A DNA stretch of 63,996 nt, filler included, from Ionaspis alba (lineage: Eukaryota): the NCBI GenBank assembly GCA_964255285.1. It is 8 parts of 8 records of this genome, joined end to end, with 100 filler letters (N's around TTAATTAATTAA, not from the genome) between each part and the next. Parts side by side here need not be neighbours in the genome. Positions count along the whole stretch, not along the records: positions 8,196 to 16,269 come from CAXUUL010000773.1; positions 16,370 to 24,431 come from CAXUUL010000774.1; 6 more parts are not named here. One strand, 5' to 3'. Position numbers and translations under genes: made by a program. Positions 11,488-24,531 of the stretch are shown one piece after another. The notes under the pieces were generated by a model. That model had not been told where the DNA came from, did no database searches, and saw nothing but the letters and a program-made list of their open reading frames with translations. Every line of letters starts with the position of its first letter. Position 1 is the first letter of the stretch.

Positions 11488-13555
11488 TGTACACTGCGCT
11501 GCAGTGTTGGTAGAACTGGAAAAGTAACAGGTAGCAATGGACCGGTATGTAGCATGTAGTTGATTGGCGGGTCGATGGTGTCTCACGACTGCTAGCTAAG
11601 AGGTTTGGGGTGGGAATTTGTTTTCTGCATATTGAATAGGCTGCTGCGGATTGCTTCGACAGACTTTCCGGCCAAGTCCGTCACCGACGCAAACTCAGTT
11701 TCTCTCAAGCAAGTGTAGGTGGATCAGATGAGGTATTTTGGATCGACGCTTGTTTGCGAGCTGTAGCTTTGTGGCACCATGCGTGGAGCTGTCGATTGGG
11801 ATTGTTTTTGTGGTAGGACAGACGACCGAATTTAGGCTGCGAATGCCGAATTCTGGGGAAGGCGATGATGATGGTCTGCAAAACGCAGGGCTCGCCTTTA
11901 GTGGAAATCAGTGGTCGGGGGTAGGGTCGGTAATGCGTGATGCTATGCGATGCGGGTGGTTTCAGTAGGGACAGGGAAGAGTGACGGAGGATCGTATCAA
12001 ACGACGCAACCGCCAATGGAAATTGAGTGGGGGAAGAGAATTGAAACTGCAACAGACGACGGCTGGTTGGAGACAGATGGAAGAAGAATAATGAAAGTGT
12101 GAAGTTGGGAAAAGGAAAGGGAAGTTCTTGTACCTGGGACAGAGAGACCGACTACTTTACTAACGGTGGGAGAAAATTGGTTTGATTGCACATCACTCCA
12201 TCAGCGCCGGGAACTATGACTTAGTTTTAAACTTTGGCCCGCAAGCTTTGTACGGATCCCAACGGCTTCTTTCTCTCCACTCTCTCCTCTTCCTCCTCCT
12301 TCTCCGTACTACCCTACGTAACCCTCCAACACCATCCTGAACGCCGTCTTTCCCTGGCATATTCCCATATTCCAGAACCTGACGCTTAGCAACCGGGCCA
12401 GCTAATCAGGGCGCGGCTGAGTCTCTGGGTCGCATGGAATAGAACAAGTCGCTTGTCTGCCGAGTCCTGATGCTATTTCCTGCTACCGCTGCTACTGCAT
12501 CATTGATCCCCAAACTCGTACTTCCATGAAAGGGAAACGGTCTGACCACAGGAGCCACGGATGCATGCAGCTGCGCCGGATGGTTATCTCAGCACAAGGA
12601 CCAAGTTTCCGAGCGGTCTGTTCCAAGTCGGAGTCCAAGAAGGGAGTCCAGGCGGCCGATGTCGTCGATACTTTTTCGATGCTTTCGGAGAAGAGTCAAT
12701 AAATTTGTACGACATCGTCGGGCAGGGACTCAGCGCCTATGCTAGGATGTGCTATGACTGGACGGCTACCCCTTCATTCACCGCTTCGGTGTGCACACTT
12801 TGTCATCGCACACCAACGGAGGCGTTGCCAGGCTGCCATTCGACGGAAGCCAACGGGCGCTGGGCATACTAGATTGGTGCCTTTTCCCCCTTCGCTAGGA
12901 AATTGTGTATCCGTTACTGGTAATGGAACGGGGTTGACAGCGGGAAACTTTTGGAGAGGCTCACGTGGTTGATCGGCAGGGATCCTGGAGGGCTGACTCG
13001 GCGGCGTCTTTTCAGGTACAGGATTGCTTCTTTCAGCCAGTCATGGAGGATGCGTGCATTGCGTCCTATCATTTTTCGTGTCACTGGATCCTGAAGGATT
13101 GCCTTCGCCCTCGTATCGGAATATTTGCGGCAAGCGAGACGACTGATTGATCGGGTTGTGGCTATGATTGCACGCAGTAATCATTCGCGATGATGAGAGA
13201 CTGACGCCAGGATAGGACTGTAGAACTAAAGATGCAGACCCCCTGAAGAAGTAAAAGCGGTACAGTAATGACGAAATACCGAGGGCCTGGGTCACAGCGG
13301 GAGAGCTGCTTCCCCACGCAATCAATTTCCCTCGATGATTCCAGCGCAGAGGTAGAATTCAAGGCAAGCCCCTCCCCTCCTAGCTCTGCGCATGGGTAAA
13401 TGCAACCACTCGGGCCCTTCTGCGCGTGGAAACCAGTCAACCACCGCTCAAATCGTGTCACCAATCACGCGAATGCGCATGCAAGTACAGGGTTGGGGAA
13501 GGGGAAAGACAAGAAATGGACTACATGCATATTTGCACCTCCGTTCCAGAACTAG

Positions 13556-13577
13556 GCTGGCTGGCTGGCTGGCTGGC
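13556..13577 (+). repeat. (GGCT)n microsatellite
   Basis: ggctggctggctggctggctgg. Confidence 0.8.
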
Positions 13578-14273
13578 GAGTCTATTGTCATGAACACGAT
13601 GGAAGACGATAACTGTGCAACATAAAGGACAGGTTACGATACATCACATTTCAGGGACAGCGAGCAAGACACGATAAGCAGAAACAAGGCGGGAGCTGTC
13701 AAAGCGGCTGACGGACGGAAACTGCACTCTAGCTCTCACCTCTCGGGCGTTCGTAAGCATACACGATGAGAGGAAGTGTGGACAGAGAACCACGAGGCCA
13801 CCAATGGGAGCCGAGTAGTGTGGTGCCTCAACGGTTTTGACAGCTCCCCCATCTGTTGTCCCGACTTCAACGTCAATTAATTGTCGGTCATCACTACCTC
13901 CTCTCCGCCATGTGCATCAGACGCCTCACTCTCTGCTTTCTCTTGACGTGATTGCCTGCATAGCTAGACCAAGAAAAACTGCCTATCAGGCATTTCCCAA
14001 AAGCCGCCCATCGCGCTCGATCCATTCGATCGAAGCTCTCCTGCTGCATAAGTGTCGTCTGTCTAATGCATGCCAAATAAACTCACAAAGTATCCCGTGA
14101 ATGTCGATCTCATGTACTCATCCCACGGCTACCGACTTTTCTGCGCGTTTCACCATACAAATCCCAGGGTACCCTTTCTCTTCTCCCTTGTCGACGAGAT
14201 CTTGTACGCGCAGAATCGTGTCGTGCATTGGTGGGCAAAGCACGCCGCGAATTTTAAATTAAAGCAACTGCAG

Positions 14274-15470
14274 CACGTGCATAACCTTCAGCAAGCATCG
14301 GGTACCACATCGAGGTGTCTTGCAGAAAAAGGAGGACCGGAGATTTCGGGCAGGAAAAAGAAATGAACAAGACTTGCACCGAGTAGGGAGTAGCGCCCTG
14401 AAAATCAGAGAATGAGATGAAGATATTCCTGACCTTGGCGATCCGTCGCTTAGATTATCCAATCCAATCTGACGGGTTCCAGGGATTGAATGGAGACGAG
14501 ACAGTCCGGTTGAACTCTGCGCGTTGATTGCTCCTTCCACCAATTCCACTCCTGTCCTCGTACTTCGGTAAAGTATCTCCCGGCGCAATCGGCGATGCTC
14601 TTCCCGGTCTATCGCTTTTTTGTATAAGCACAGCATGGCCGGATACCGATATCGCCTCCTGCTTGCTGCCTATCTACAGGAGATCGAGCGATGACCTCCT
14701 AGATAACCTCGAGTCGAACCGCAGGCAACATCGACAAAAGCCTCCACGTGGAGGAAACTCTGCAGGTCTGCGTTGTCGTTCCCCTTTGTTGTTGACAGCC
14801 AGTACTGGAGGAGTTTCACTTCCCCTCTTGGCTAAGAGACGGTTGAACATTTCCAAGAGCCGTTGAGCTATCAAGAATATGGAAACTCTCTGCGCGACGG
14901 GCGGTGAGAAGGTTACATGATATGCCCTGAACAGAAGGGAGGACGTCTCCGCGGAACATTTCCTCCTCAAACGTCAAGAATCTCTACTATCGTGTAAACA
15001 CTCTTACCTAAGTACCAAGGAACCTTAACAAACAAAAACGTATCTCCCAAGAACCAAGCATTCACCAAACCCTTGAGCCTCACAACCGTGACTCCAAAAA
15101 AGAAAAGAAAACCACGTGCAAGAATACAAAGAAACCTCCAAAAAAAGAGCTAGCCCTACGCCCCACAAACCCACTTCCTCTCCTCCCGAAATATCCGAAT
15201 TCCCCTGCACACCTCACGTCCCACGTTGCACACAAGCCACGTCTCCAGCTGACGAACCCTCTCTGCGTCCTATCATCGCTCCGTCCCTGCCGTCCACATC
15301 CCATTCCATCCCCTATCAATCCCAATCTGCGCACCTCAACAGTCAGCAATCTAGCATCTCATCCTTCCAATCCTCCACACGTCAAAAAATCCTCCTCCCA
15401 AGCCTTCCTGCAGCGCACGCACGCACGCACGCACGAACAACCACGACCCTATCTCCACATCCTGCACGTT
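14274..15470. promoter_or_regulatory. Cluster of CACGT(G/T/C) E-box/ACGT-core motifs, including 14-bp palindrome CCTCCACGTGGAGG
   Basis: CACGT starts at 14274, 14745, 15113, 15215, 15222, 15238, 15378 and 15465; palindrome at 14741-14754. Confidence 0.4.
15415..15435 (+). repeat. (GCAC)n microsatellite
   Basis: gcacgcacgcacgcacgcacg. Confidence 0.8.
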
Positions 15471-16269
15471 TTTCGCCGTTACACAAAACGCCCACTGCAC
15501 CAACTCAACCAAATCAGCGGGCCATATCACATCGGCTACGCCGTCTTGAACCTCCTCAAGGACCTCGCTTCGAGCGAGCTAGCTTATCGATTGCTTGCGC
15601 CGCTGGTGGCGGATATTCGATCTGGCCTACGGGTTCGATATACATATCGCTTGCTGTGGAGAGTACGCCCTGAAAGAGGGATGATGTTTGGTGTTGCCCT
15701 GATTGCCTTCTTCTACGCCAAGCACTTGCGAATTTGAGGAGTTGATGGTAAGATTCTCCTCGCTGTCTTGCAGATCTGCCTTTTCCTTGCCGTGTTTTGA
15801 GCTCGAATACTCTACGAGACATGCATTCCGTGCTTCTTCTTCTTTCTTGGCCTCAGCCTCGTTCATGCCGCTCTGGAGATCTTGCCCGGTTCTGATCATG
15901 TTCAGCGGGTGTCTATCAAGCCACCTCGTGTCCCCACGACCACGGTTTCTCTCCGCCCCCCTTTCTTTTCCTTCTCGGGCTTTGATTACTATGCTGCGAG
16001 AACGCACCGACGGTTCGTTGCTCGCCCGTCTAGTGCCTTGGCTCCCGCCACTAGACTGGTCGTTGCCTTTTTTTTTGCCTAGAAACTGAAGGCCCAACTG
16101 CTTGGTTGTCGAATGCGCCGATCTCCTGCATATGCCCCTTCCAAAACGTCTCCACCCTGTTTCTCTCCTCTCTGTCGGTCTCGCTACCCCGTTCCCATGT
16201 CATCAGTTACTACCCAGGAGTCGCGAATCGCGGCTGGCAAAGCCTGGAAGCTATGAAGAAAGTGGATCA

Positions 16270-16369
16270 NNNNNNNNNNNNNNNNNNNNNNNNNNNNNNN
16301 NNNNNNNNNNNNNTTAATTAATTAANNNNNNNNNNNNNNNNNNNNNNNNNNNNNNNNNNNNNNNNNNNN
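16270..16369. other. Artificial contig spacer
   Basis: N44-TTAATTAATTAA-N44. Confidence 0.98.
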
Positions 16370-16446
16370 AAGAAGCTCTATCAAGCGCCGCTCTCCACAA
16401 CGCAGTGACCCAAACAACGACACTCTCTAACCGTATGATCTTACAC

Positions 16447-18369
16447 TTACTCCTGCTGCTGCATATGATTCGGCAAATTATCACTCCTATAATCCAAATG
16501 CACAAAAGCGCGATCGACATACGGCACACTCTCAAGCACATACTGCAACGACTCTCCCAAATCATGGCTATCCCTCAAACTCGTGCCCTCATCCAGCACG
16601 ACATCAACCTCAACATTGAGTTTATCGCCCGCATGGTAAGCCTGCAGTCCCTGGATCTGCTGTATCGTTTTCGCAAAGCGCATGGTGAGATAAAGCAAGA
16701 CATTCCGCTCATCAGCGGAGGCTGCAGCACCGGTGAGGTTGCGGATATGCGAGACGGAAGTTCGGGACCAGTTTGTGATGACGTAGAGGGAGAGGAGGAG
16801 ACCACCAAGGGCGTCGAGGTACCAGATACTGGCGTAGTAGCCGACTACGAGTTTCAGAAGCGTAAGCGGAAAGTTGCTGGGGGACTTAGCTCGAGAGGGC
16901 CCGCAGCACCCCCCGAAGTCAAGCGTTGAATTAAATGGAATGAGAGGGAGGGAAGTAACTTACTGAGAGGGAAAATAATACTAAAAATATTAAACACCAC
17001 ATCCGTCATCGCATCCTGTGCCAGGGCCTGCACACTCGAATTTTTAATCAACCGACACCACAACCAGCAGCCGAACTTAATCAACACCGTGCTGGCCATA
17101 ATCACGATCGCCGACGTGGACAGCTGCACGATACTCTTGTCGCCACCCGTCAACCGATTGAAACACTCCAGCGCGACCTGAAAAAACGCCGTAATCATAA
17201 TCACCGAAAAGACCAACACGCCAATGGGCTCCAACCTTCGTCTCCCCACGGGGTAGGCATACTGGTTCTGTCTCGAGATGAGCTTCGTAGTCGTCCACAC
17301 GATGGCCGTGCTGAGGAAATCGAGGGCTGCGTCGACCAGGGAGGCGAGAACGGACAAAGAGGATGTGAGGACTATGACGACGATTTTGCCGGCGAGGAGG
17401 AAGGCGTTGGCGGCTAGGTTGATGTAGATTGCGACTGTGACGATGGGACTGCTGCTCTCGACGGCGTCGTCGCCACCGCCGCCGATGGAGAGGTCTTGCG
17501 GTTTGGGTCCTTTGGTGGAGGTGTCGTTGCCGAGGAGGGAGGTTTCTTCGTCGGGGAGAGCGTAGAGGGCTTTTGGGGTGCGTTTGATGCGTTGGGAGGT
17601 GGTGGTGGTGGTGCCATTTTCGGGGGATGGTTTGTCGATGGTTGGGGTTTGCGTGGTTGGAGAGCTGGCTGTAGAGGAGGATTCTTCGGTGATGGCTTTG
17701 GGGGTGTTGTTATTGCTGCTTGTGGCGGGTTTGGAAGGTTGGTTGTATTCTTGGAGGAGGTTGTGGGGGAGCGAGGAGTCAAGGAGGCGGTCGATGTAGA
17801 GGTATTGGGCGATGAGGAAGTTGTTGCGTTCGTAGTATTTGCGGCTGTTGGGGATCGAGTGAGTCAGATATGGTCGTAGGTGAGATAGGAGTGAAGAGGA
17901 AAAGAGTCACACACACAGGTTTCTTCATTGCCTTCAATTCGTCTTCATCTTTGTAATACTTCTCCCTACACGAGCGCCATAGCCGTCAGCCTCAACACCC
18001 ACACCCACTCCACTTTCCCCTCAGCTCTTCGTACCCCCAGCTTCAGCATCGTGGCGGAACCCACCACTGATATCGCGCATTACTATTTCCAATCAATCGC
18101 ATACTCCTCATCTGCGGCGTCATCAATACCTCCGCCGCCGCAGCACTCAGTCTCCTCTGCAGCCCCGCTCTCCTCTGCCCCGCCTCCGCATCCCTCTCCA
18201 CATCTTCCCCACCCTCTTCATCGCGAAACGTCGATCGCGGCCTCGACTGCAGCAGTCCGGGCAAGCGCTGGCCACGCGTGGAGACGAAGTCATCCGAGAG
18301 AGGGAGAAAGCCGGCGAGACCGCCGATGCGGAAGCGGGGTGGGGAGGTAGAGGGTTCGGAGGTGGCCAT
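16447..18369 (-). CDS. Cation diffusion facilitator, Mn-CDF type, four exons
   Basis: Spliced product MATSEP...GNSNARYQW/EKYYKDEDELKAMKKPV/RKYYERNNFLI...SLVDAALDFLS...GRRRLEPIG...LAQDAMTDV...SHDLGESLQYVLESVPYVDRAFVHLDY. DxxxD in both TM2 and TM5 marks the Mn subgroup. Confidence 0.9.
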
Positions 18370-19366
18370 TGGGAGACGGCAAGGGTAGATAGGGATAGTA
18401 TACGGTGCAATCGCGACGCATTGGTGGTGTGGGAGGGGGAAGTTCAATGGGAGGTCCTTGTCTTGGCATCGTCACGGTTGGGATCTGGTATTGGCAGGTC
18501 CTGCTTTGTCCAAGCGTTTCTTCGGCGCAGGACTGCCGAGCCGCCGCCAGGGATAAGGTACGTGGGGAAAGTGATGTCATCATGTGGCGTCTTGTGGCTG
18601 ACTCCCTAGGAGCTATGAGGCGTTGTCTTTCCCCTGGAAGGATGATATCAACATGGATCGATGAAATGAAAAATTCTGCTATCGTGTGATTAAGATCCGA
18701 TGGGGGAGGGAAAATAATGATGGGGTGCCCGCGTGGCAGGGTATGCAGCGAGTGGAGAAGAAAGCCCGGATAGGAAGGCAGGATGATAGGTTGGGGAAAG
18801 TCTTTGCTATTATTCACAATCTCCCCTTATGACCAATCCTTTTTATTTGGTGAGGATGCAGACAGGGTTGAGACGCATGTCGGATTGCTGTTATAAAGGC
18901 CGATTGGAATTGGTTCGAAAAGTGTCATATTTTCTTCTGATCCTCGCTATACGCTATGAAAACACCCCCAAAGAAATTACGTATATTATTCCTCTGAGTA
19001 GTATGCTTTTCAAAGATTAAACGCCATGCAAAGTGCCAAAAGCCCGAAACGAGAAAGCGACAGACCCGTTCTTTCCATCTATTATGTATTTGGTGCATGA
19101 CGCGTAACGCATGTCATGAAAAATCGTTGCTTAGACATCGAGTGGAATTGAAAAATGCGCGAATAACCATAGGAGGTAGTATGCGTGAGGTGGCAAATAC
19201 CTCTCCTGGCCGGCATGAGAGGGGTTTGGGGGGGGTCTTTGCCTTGATATGTACGTGGAGCAAAACACTCGACTTTGTATCTGGTACCGTAATCCATCAG
19301 ACGTCAAATTTGCCTCGCGCAGCGAGATCTTATGTCGTGTTCGAGTATCCTTAATCTTACATGCAA

Positions 19367-21654
19367 TCAGTAGGGCCTCATATGCTGGTAGCCCATTTGC
19401 ATTGGCATCCCCGGAAGTGGTTGGGATGCCCCAGGATTTTGTAGTGGTCGATGAAACATCTGAACGAGTCGTCGACCAACACTGGTCTCCAATTCAGTCC
19501 CGTCTCGAGCTATCTTGACCTCTCTATTCGCATTCCAAGGATTTCGTAAGCCTCGCGTTCTGTAGAAAGGAAGTCGCTCAGTCGAAAGCCATTCGATCTT
19601 GAAAGGCTTCCCAAACGACTGCGCTCCAGACGGAGTGTCCGGAGTATTCGCATCTTCGTTGCTTTCGTGGCCTTTGGATTCTTCCCCGTTGACCATTATT
19701 GCCGGCTCTTGATCCGTCGGGTCTGCCTCCCAGAAAATGGTCCCTCGAGCAGAATCGTCGATGATGCGACCTTTCGGAGCAAACTCCGTGCGCACTGTGG
19801 GTATTGACCTGGGCAGTTCCGGGTCATCTGGGATCGCTTCGACACGAGGAGTCCATTCGAGGTCTGCTGCTGCATCGTCGTTGATGGGAGACGCCATGCG
19901 GGCGTAACCAAAGTATTCACCTGACTTGTTAGCAGAAAAAATGAGGTAAACGTTTTCGACGGCCTGTAGAAGAGAAGTAAGCCACAAAGTAGATGTAAAG
20001 GGAGAGAAACAAGACAAACCTCGAAAGCTTTGTTCAGTGCATCTTCGTTGTGCGATTGAGTTGCCCAAATGCCGTTTCGTGCACTGAGCTCCAGATCCTC
20101 CACAGTCAGACTCTTCACAATAAAGTACTTGTCGTTGATCTTGGTGGTGCCTTCCATCAACCGTGCCGATTCTTCAGCTTTCGAAGAAACCTCTCGGTTT
20201 TGCTGGATAGCTTCGGAAGCGGATTGAGCCTGCGTGACAGCTGGTAGGAGTGCCGCAGGGCCAGTTGGCACACCTGGAGCGGGAGCTGAGGAATTCCTGC
20301 GAAGTCGACAAACTAATCGAACACCTTTGAACCGTGAGTCGTGGAATCGACTCATCGCTGCTGCACACGCTTCTTCCGACCGATAATTGACGAAAGCACA
20401 ATTGCTTTTCGAGATAAGAAAAACGCTCTCGATGTCGTTGGTGGCTTCTCGAGCAAAATGATCCTTCAGATCTGTGACGAGTGCTCCGGGAGGCAGATTG
20501 CCGACCCAAAGTGCATGACCAGACTGCTTGGGCTTACGCGGAGGACCGCGAGGCGAAGAAGGAATGACGTTCGGGTTTGAACCAGAAGCTTCTCGACCAG
20601 TGTCTAGAGAGGAGAGAAAGGTTAGAAACTCAAGAGGATTTTTTTTTTGGAGTTAAGAAAACTGACTAGGAACGCTCCCCGGTCGCATCAAAGGCCCTCC
20701 TGGCCCGTACCCATAGCCAGAAGATGCACTTGAGGGAAACCCATTTGGATGTTGAAATCCTCCGCCTACCATATCCAATGGACTTTCTTGCAGTCTTTGC
20801 GACCCTAGTTTTGCATCAAATCAGCCGACCGATAGATTGGCAAAAGAAAGATCTCGAAGACGAACCTGGAAGATTATGCTGTGACGGATTGACTTGTCCG
20901 TATGAAGAAGGAAAACCACCGAATTGCTGAGAGACATGCGGTTGACCAGGGTAAAACGGAGCTCCGCTGAACTGTGTCTGTATGGGCCCAGTGATGGCAG
21001 ATCGAGCTGATTGACCTGGCTGTTGCTGGTGAAAGTATTGCGGGGATGTTAAGGGTATCGGCTGGCCGTGAGGATGAGAGGAACCGTATTGTTGTTGGAA
21101 AGAAACATTGTAGCCTGGAGCTTGGCCACCGAAGGGAGGGAGGTTTTGGTGTTGCTGATGGATCAATTGTGGTGAGGTTGCAGTGAGGGGAAATCGTTGT
21201 TGAGACTGTGAAACACCATACATAGGCGATCGGTAATCGGGTAGAGCTGCCACCATTGATCCCATCGCGAAACCACTGCCCGGCCGCTCCGGTGGCATAT
21301 TTGTTGTTGTTATGAGAGACTGGCTGGATGGATTAAATGGCTGTCCGTCATCAGAATAGTGCTGGGACGTGGTCGCGGGATGGCCGCCATATAGCTGGCT
21401 GGAGGAATTGTTTCGGCCTGGAAGGGGCTATCATTCAGCGGACATTCGTGGGTGCCATCGAGGCCTCTGGATGGTAAGCTGTTCGCACCTGACAAAGAAG
21501 ATCCTTCATTCTCGTTCCCCCTTCCTGCTTGACCAGAGTTACCTGCCATTCTTCCTGAAGAGTATCGTCCACCCGGAAGCTGTCCCTCGTCCATCTGATA
21601 TCCTTCGAAGATGACCGGAAGTGCCCACCACTGCTGCACCCAAAAGTAAGACAT
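19367..21654 (-). CDS. RRM + YTH (YT521-B-like) domain RNA-binding protein, multi-exon; start at 21654, 21594 or 21549
   Basis: RRM (SGHALWVGNLPP...SNCAFVNY...RLVCRLRR) and YTH (YFIVKSLTVEDLE...GIWATQSHNE...VYLIFSANKSGEYFGYARM...FKIEWL...NPWNANREVKIARDGTEL). Introns include 21418-21488 and three more near 20830, 20640 and 19990. Confidence 0.9.
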
Positions 21655-24431
21655 GTCAGCCCATTTCGATACGCGAACAAAGAGGAGTTGATGATCGCAA
21701 GGACCTGGGTCGATGAATGCACCGTACCTTAAGTTTATTCTCCTCAAGTATGGCCTGATGTTTTTGATTGAGACTCCTGAAGAGCTATAAGTGGCAATGA
21801 TCGGGAAAGTCGAAACCCGAAGAGATGTATTTTGAGAACTGCGACGATGGAAAGAGACTGATGTGCAAGGGATTAAGTCTCGATATGGAAAGGAAGTGAA
21901 GAAGAAAGGATGTCAGCCACTTCGCCTCTACGGGATATGGGGTCGAGTGGCCGATCCGCCGGCTCCCATAGGCCTGTCCCTGGCCCTGTGAAGAAGGCTC
22001 GTAACTGGGATGCAGGAAGGGCTGTCCATACAGAGGGCACCGAGCACATGACAGGTTGCTTTGAGTTCTGGTCAAACGGTGGCGAAGGGAGGATGTGTGG
22101 AAGGGCCTGTGCTAGCTAGGCTTGAATTGGACGTACGATGAACTGAACTGAGCCGAAGAAAGTAGAACGGCTATTGTGGACCGTTGAGGGATGCCCCCCC
22201 TTCCCAAGCGGCATGCGAAGAACCCAATTGCTTCAGAAGTCGATAGCGAATAGCAGTGTGCATCCATCTATTGGCCAGGAGGAGGAAACATCCCGGGAGA
22301 GTTGAAGATGGGTAGATTCGATCCGTCGGGGTTGGTTGGACTGTCAGTCTGGCTGCAGGAGCTGAGGGAGGGAGGCCATCGGTTCAGAAGCACACCCGAG
22401 CACTTGGACCGGGACCAGGCACGATTGACAAAGGCCCCGGGTGTTGGGGACCATGACGGGGAGATGGATTGCGGGTAGGTAGGAGGCACTGCACTGCAGG
22501 ACTGTCATGTTCTGCTCCCGATCATTCGCCGGTTTGGGACGAGAGGGGTGACTGATGGAGAGAGCAGCACCAGACGCATTGAGCAACGATTGACAGTGTT
22601 GCGCATGCTCTGCCGGGGGTGGGAAGGGATGAAGGGGTCCCGTGGAGAGGAAGGATGAGTGCATACGTAGAGAGACCCTGGGAGTCGTCGAGTGAACAGC
22701 AAGCAGAGCTCTGGTGTGGCGGACACACTGTTAGGCTGGCATCTAAGCATCAAACAGGGTTCAGGCGCGAAGTGGCTGGACCCAAAGCCACCAAAACCAA
22801 GATCCAGACCCGGGCTAAGCACATGGACCCCTTTTTCGGGTGTGTTCATAGTCAGTCATCCTCACATTCTGTGAGCTTCACACCGCAGCCATTGATGCGC
22901 GGATCTTCCATCCGACATGGCTTGCTTTGGAGCAAAGGTGAGCAGTGTCGGCCATTACGTCCAAAGCATGCTTAGACACCAGTCGATCAGGGTTCAAAAT
23001 AGCGCTGTCATGACGCAAAATGCTGCGGTAGGGGTTCATGCCGCTTGACAGCCCCCGGTAAGGAGCCTCTATTTCGGTCCTTGGGAGGAACATCTACATA
23101 CGTACATCCCCCTTGCTACCGCCGGGTATTTAGTGTTCAGGGAAGCGAGTAAGCGAGCAAGCATATGGTCGATCATCTGGGAGTGAAGAACAATACCGTG
23201 ATCAAAAAATAGAATCACGGTGGATATCGTCAATCTCGACCTGGGGCGTTGAGTGTGAGGGTGCCAAGTGTCAGAACGGCAGACGGCGTGGCAAAAACAG
23301 ACCACTCGCACCATCTTCTCGGGGTGGAGCCGAGCAGTTGCCGGATCGTGCTTTCGCTAAATGACCAGTCTAGTGCGCACTCGCGCACTCGCGAAAAATG
23401 TCGATTGGGAGGAGATTCTGGGTGGGCATGACATCATCATGCAATATGTAACAAGCAGTCACATTGAGAACAAAACCATGGGTTTGCGTTCCTGCCATGA
23501 TTTCCACCTGACGTGTTATGGTCATCACTCGACATTGACCAAGCAGAACTAGAGTACGACGGACAATTGAGGCCGCTCTAATGTCGCTTGATATTATGGA
23601 CGGAGCAGGAGCCTCTTCATCCGTCCCTCTGCTCAGTCAGTGGGACACGTTGATAGGTCGAAACCCACATTAGGAAAATGCAAGTCGTTAGTGAACCATT
23701 GTCGGCCTTCAAGAATATCAACCAATCTGTTGCTGCACAGCACCCATGTCCACGTGGCTATCCTGCTGATCTTTTGTTCTCGAATGGTCTGAACTACTCA
23801 ATGGGCGGTTGGGGGGAAAGACCTTCTCGCAGCCGGTTGCCCGTTCCCACTCTAGAGCCTCCATGGCACGACCCGGTCCTGAGAAATTCACGGAGGAAAA
23901 ATACTGGGGCGAGTGTGACAGGCTAATTGGAAGAAAGAAAGCAGTCCGGACGTACCTCCCAACAACTATCCCGCAATGGAGGGAAAGAACAGCGGGACTT
24001 GCCTATGGGTTAGGTCAGTCAGGAGGTGGAGCGTGGATTCTCTTTGCAAAACAGCTGTTCTAACTGAATGGAACCCTCACGCGATTTTCAAGAGAAATCC
24101 ATGTTGAGAGGATCTTGCATGAGAGTATTGCATTATCCGACCAGCAGATCTACCGTGGTATTGATCATCTGTATGTACGACTTGACGCGTAAGCGAAATA
24201 TTGCAATGGGTTCGCTGTGATTGGCTGTGTCCATCAAGTTCGATGCTGATGTCCAGAGCCTGCCGTGGCTGACTTTGTTCCAGCACCATGGTCACAACAG
24301 GTTGGAACGTCGAAAAACAACCGGCCGCATGGTTGCCTTGAATGCCATTGACCACGCTCGACTTATTTCCAGGTGAACGAATCCTGTTTCAAGCTGGGAT
24401 TGAGCAGTTGAGACAACCAGCCCAGCCTTGA

Positions 24432-24531
24432 NNNNNNNNNNNNNNNNNNNNNNNNNNNNNNNNNNNNNNNNNNNNTTAATTAATTAANNNNNNNNNNNNN
24501 NNNNNNNNNNNNNNNNNNNNNNNNNNNNNNN
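24432..24531. other. Artificial contig spacer
   Basis: N44-TTAATTAATTAA-N44. Confidence 0.98.

Noticed and set aside
13190..13246. ATGATGA...CTGA as a C/D snoRNA
   Set aside because: Only about 57 nt, with no convincing terminal stem or recognisable guide.
23870..23900. CCGGTCCTGAGA as a TPP riboswitch
   Set aside because: Downstream GAACTTGATC...TAATACCAGCG core is absent and there is no thiamine gene nearby.
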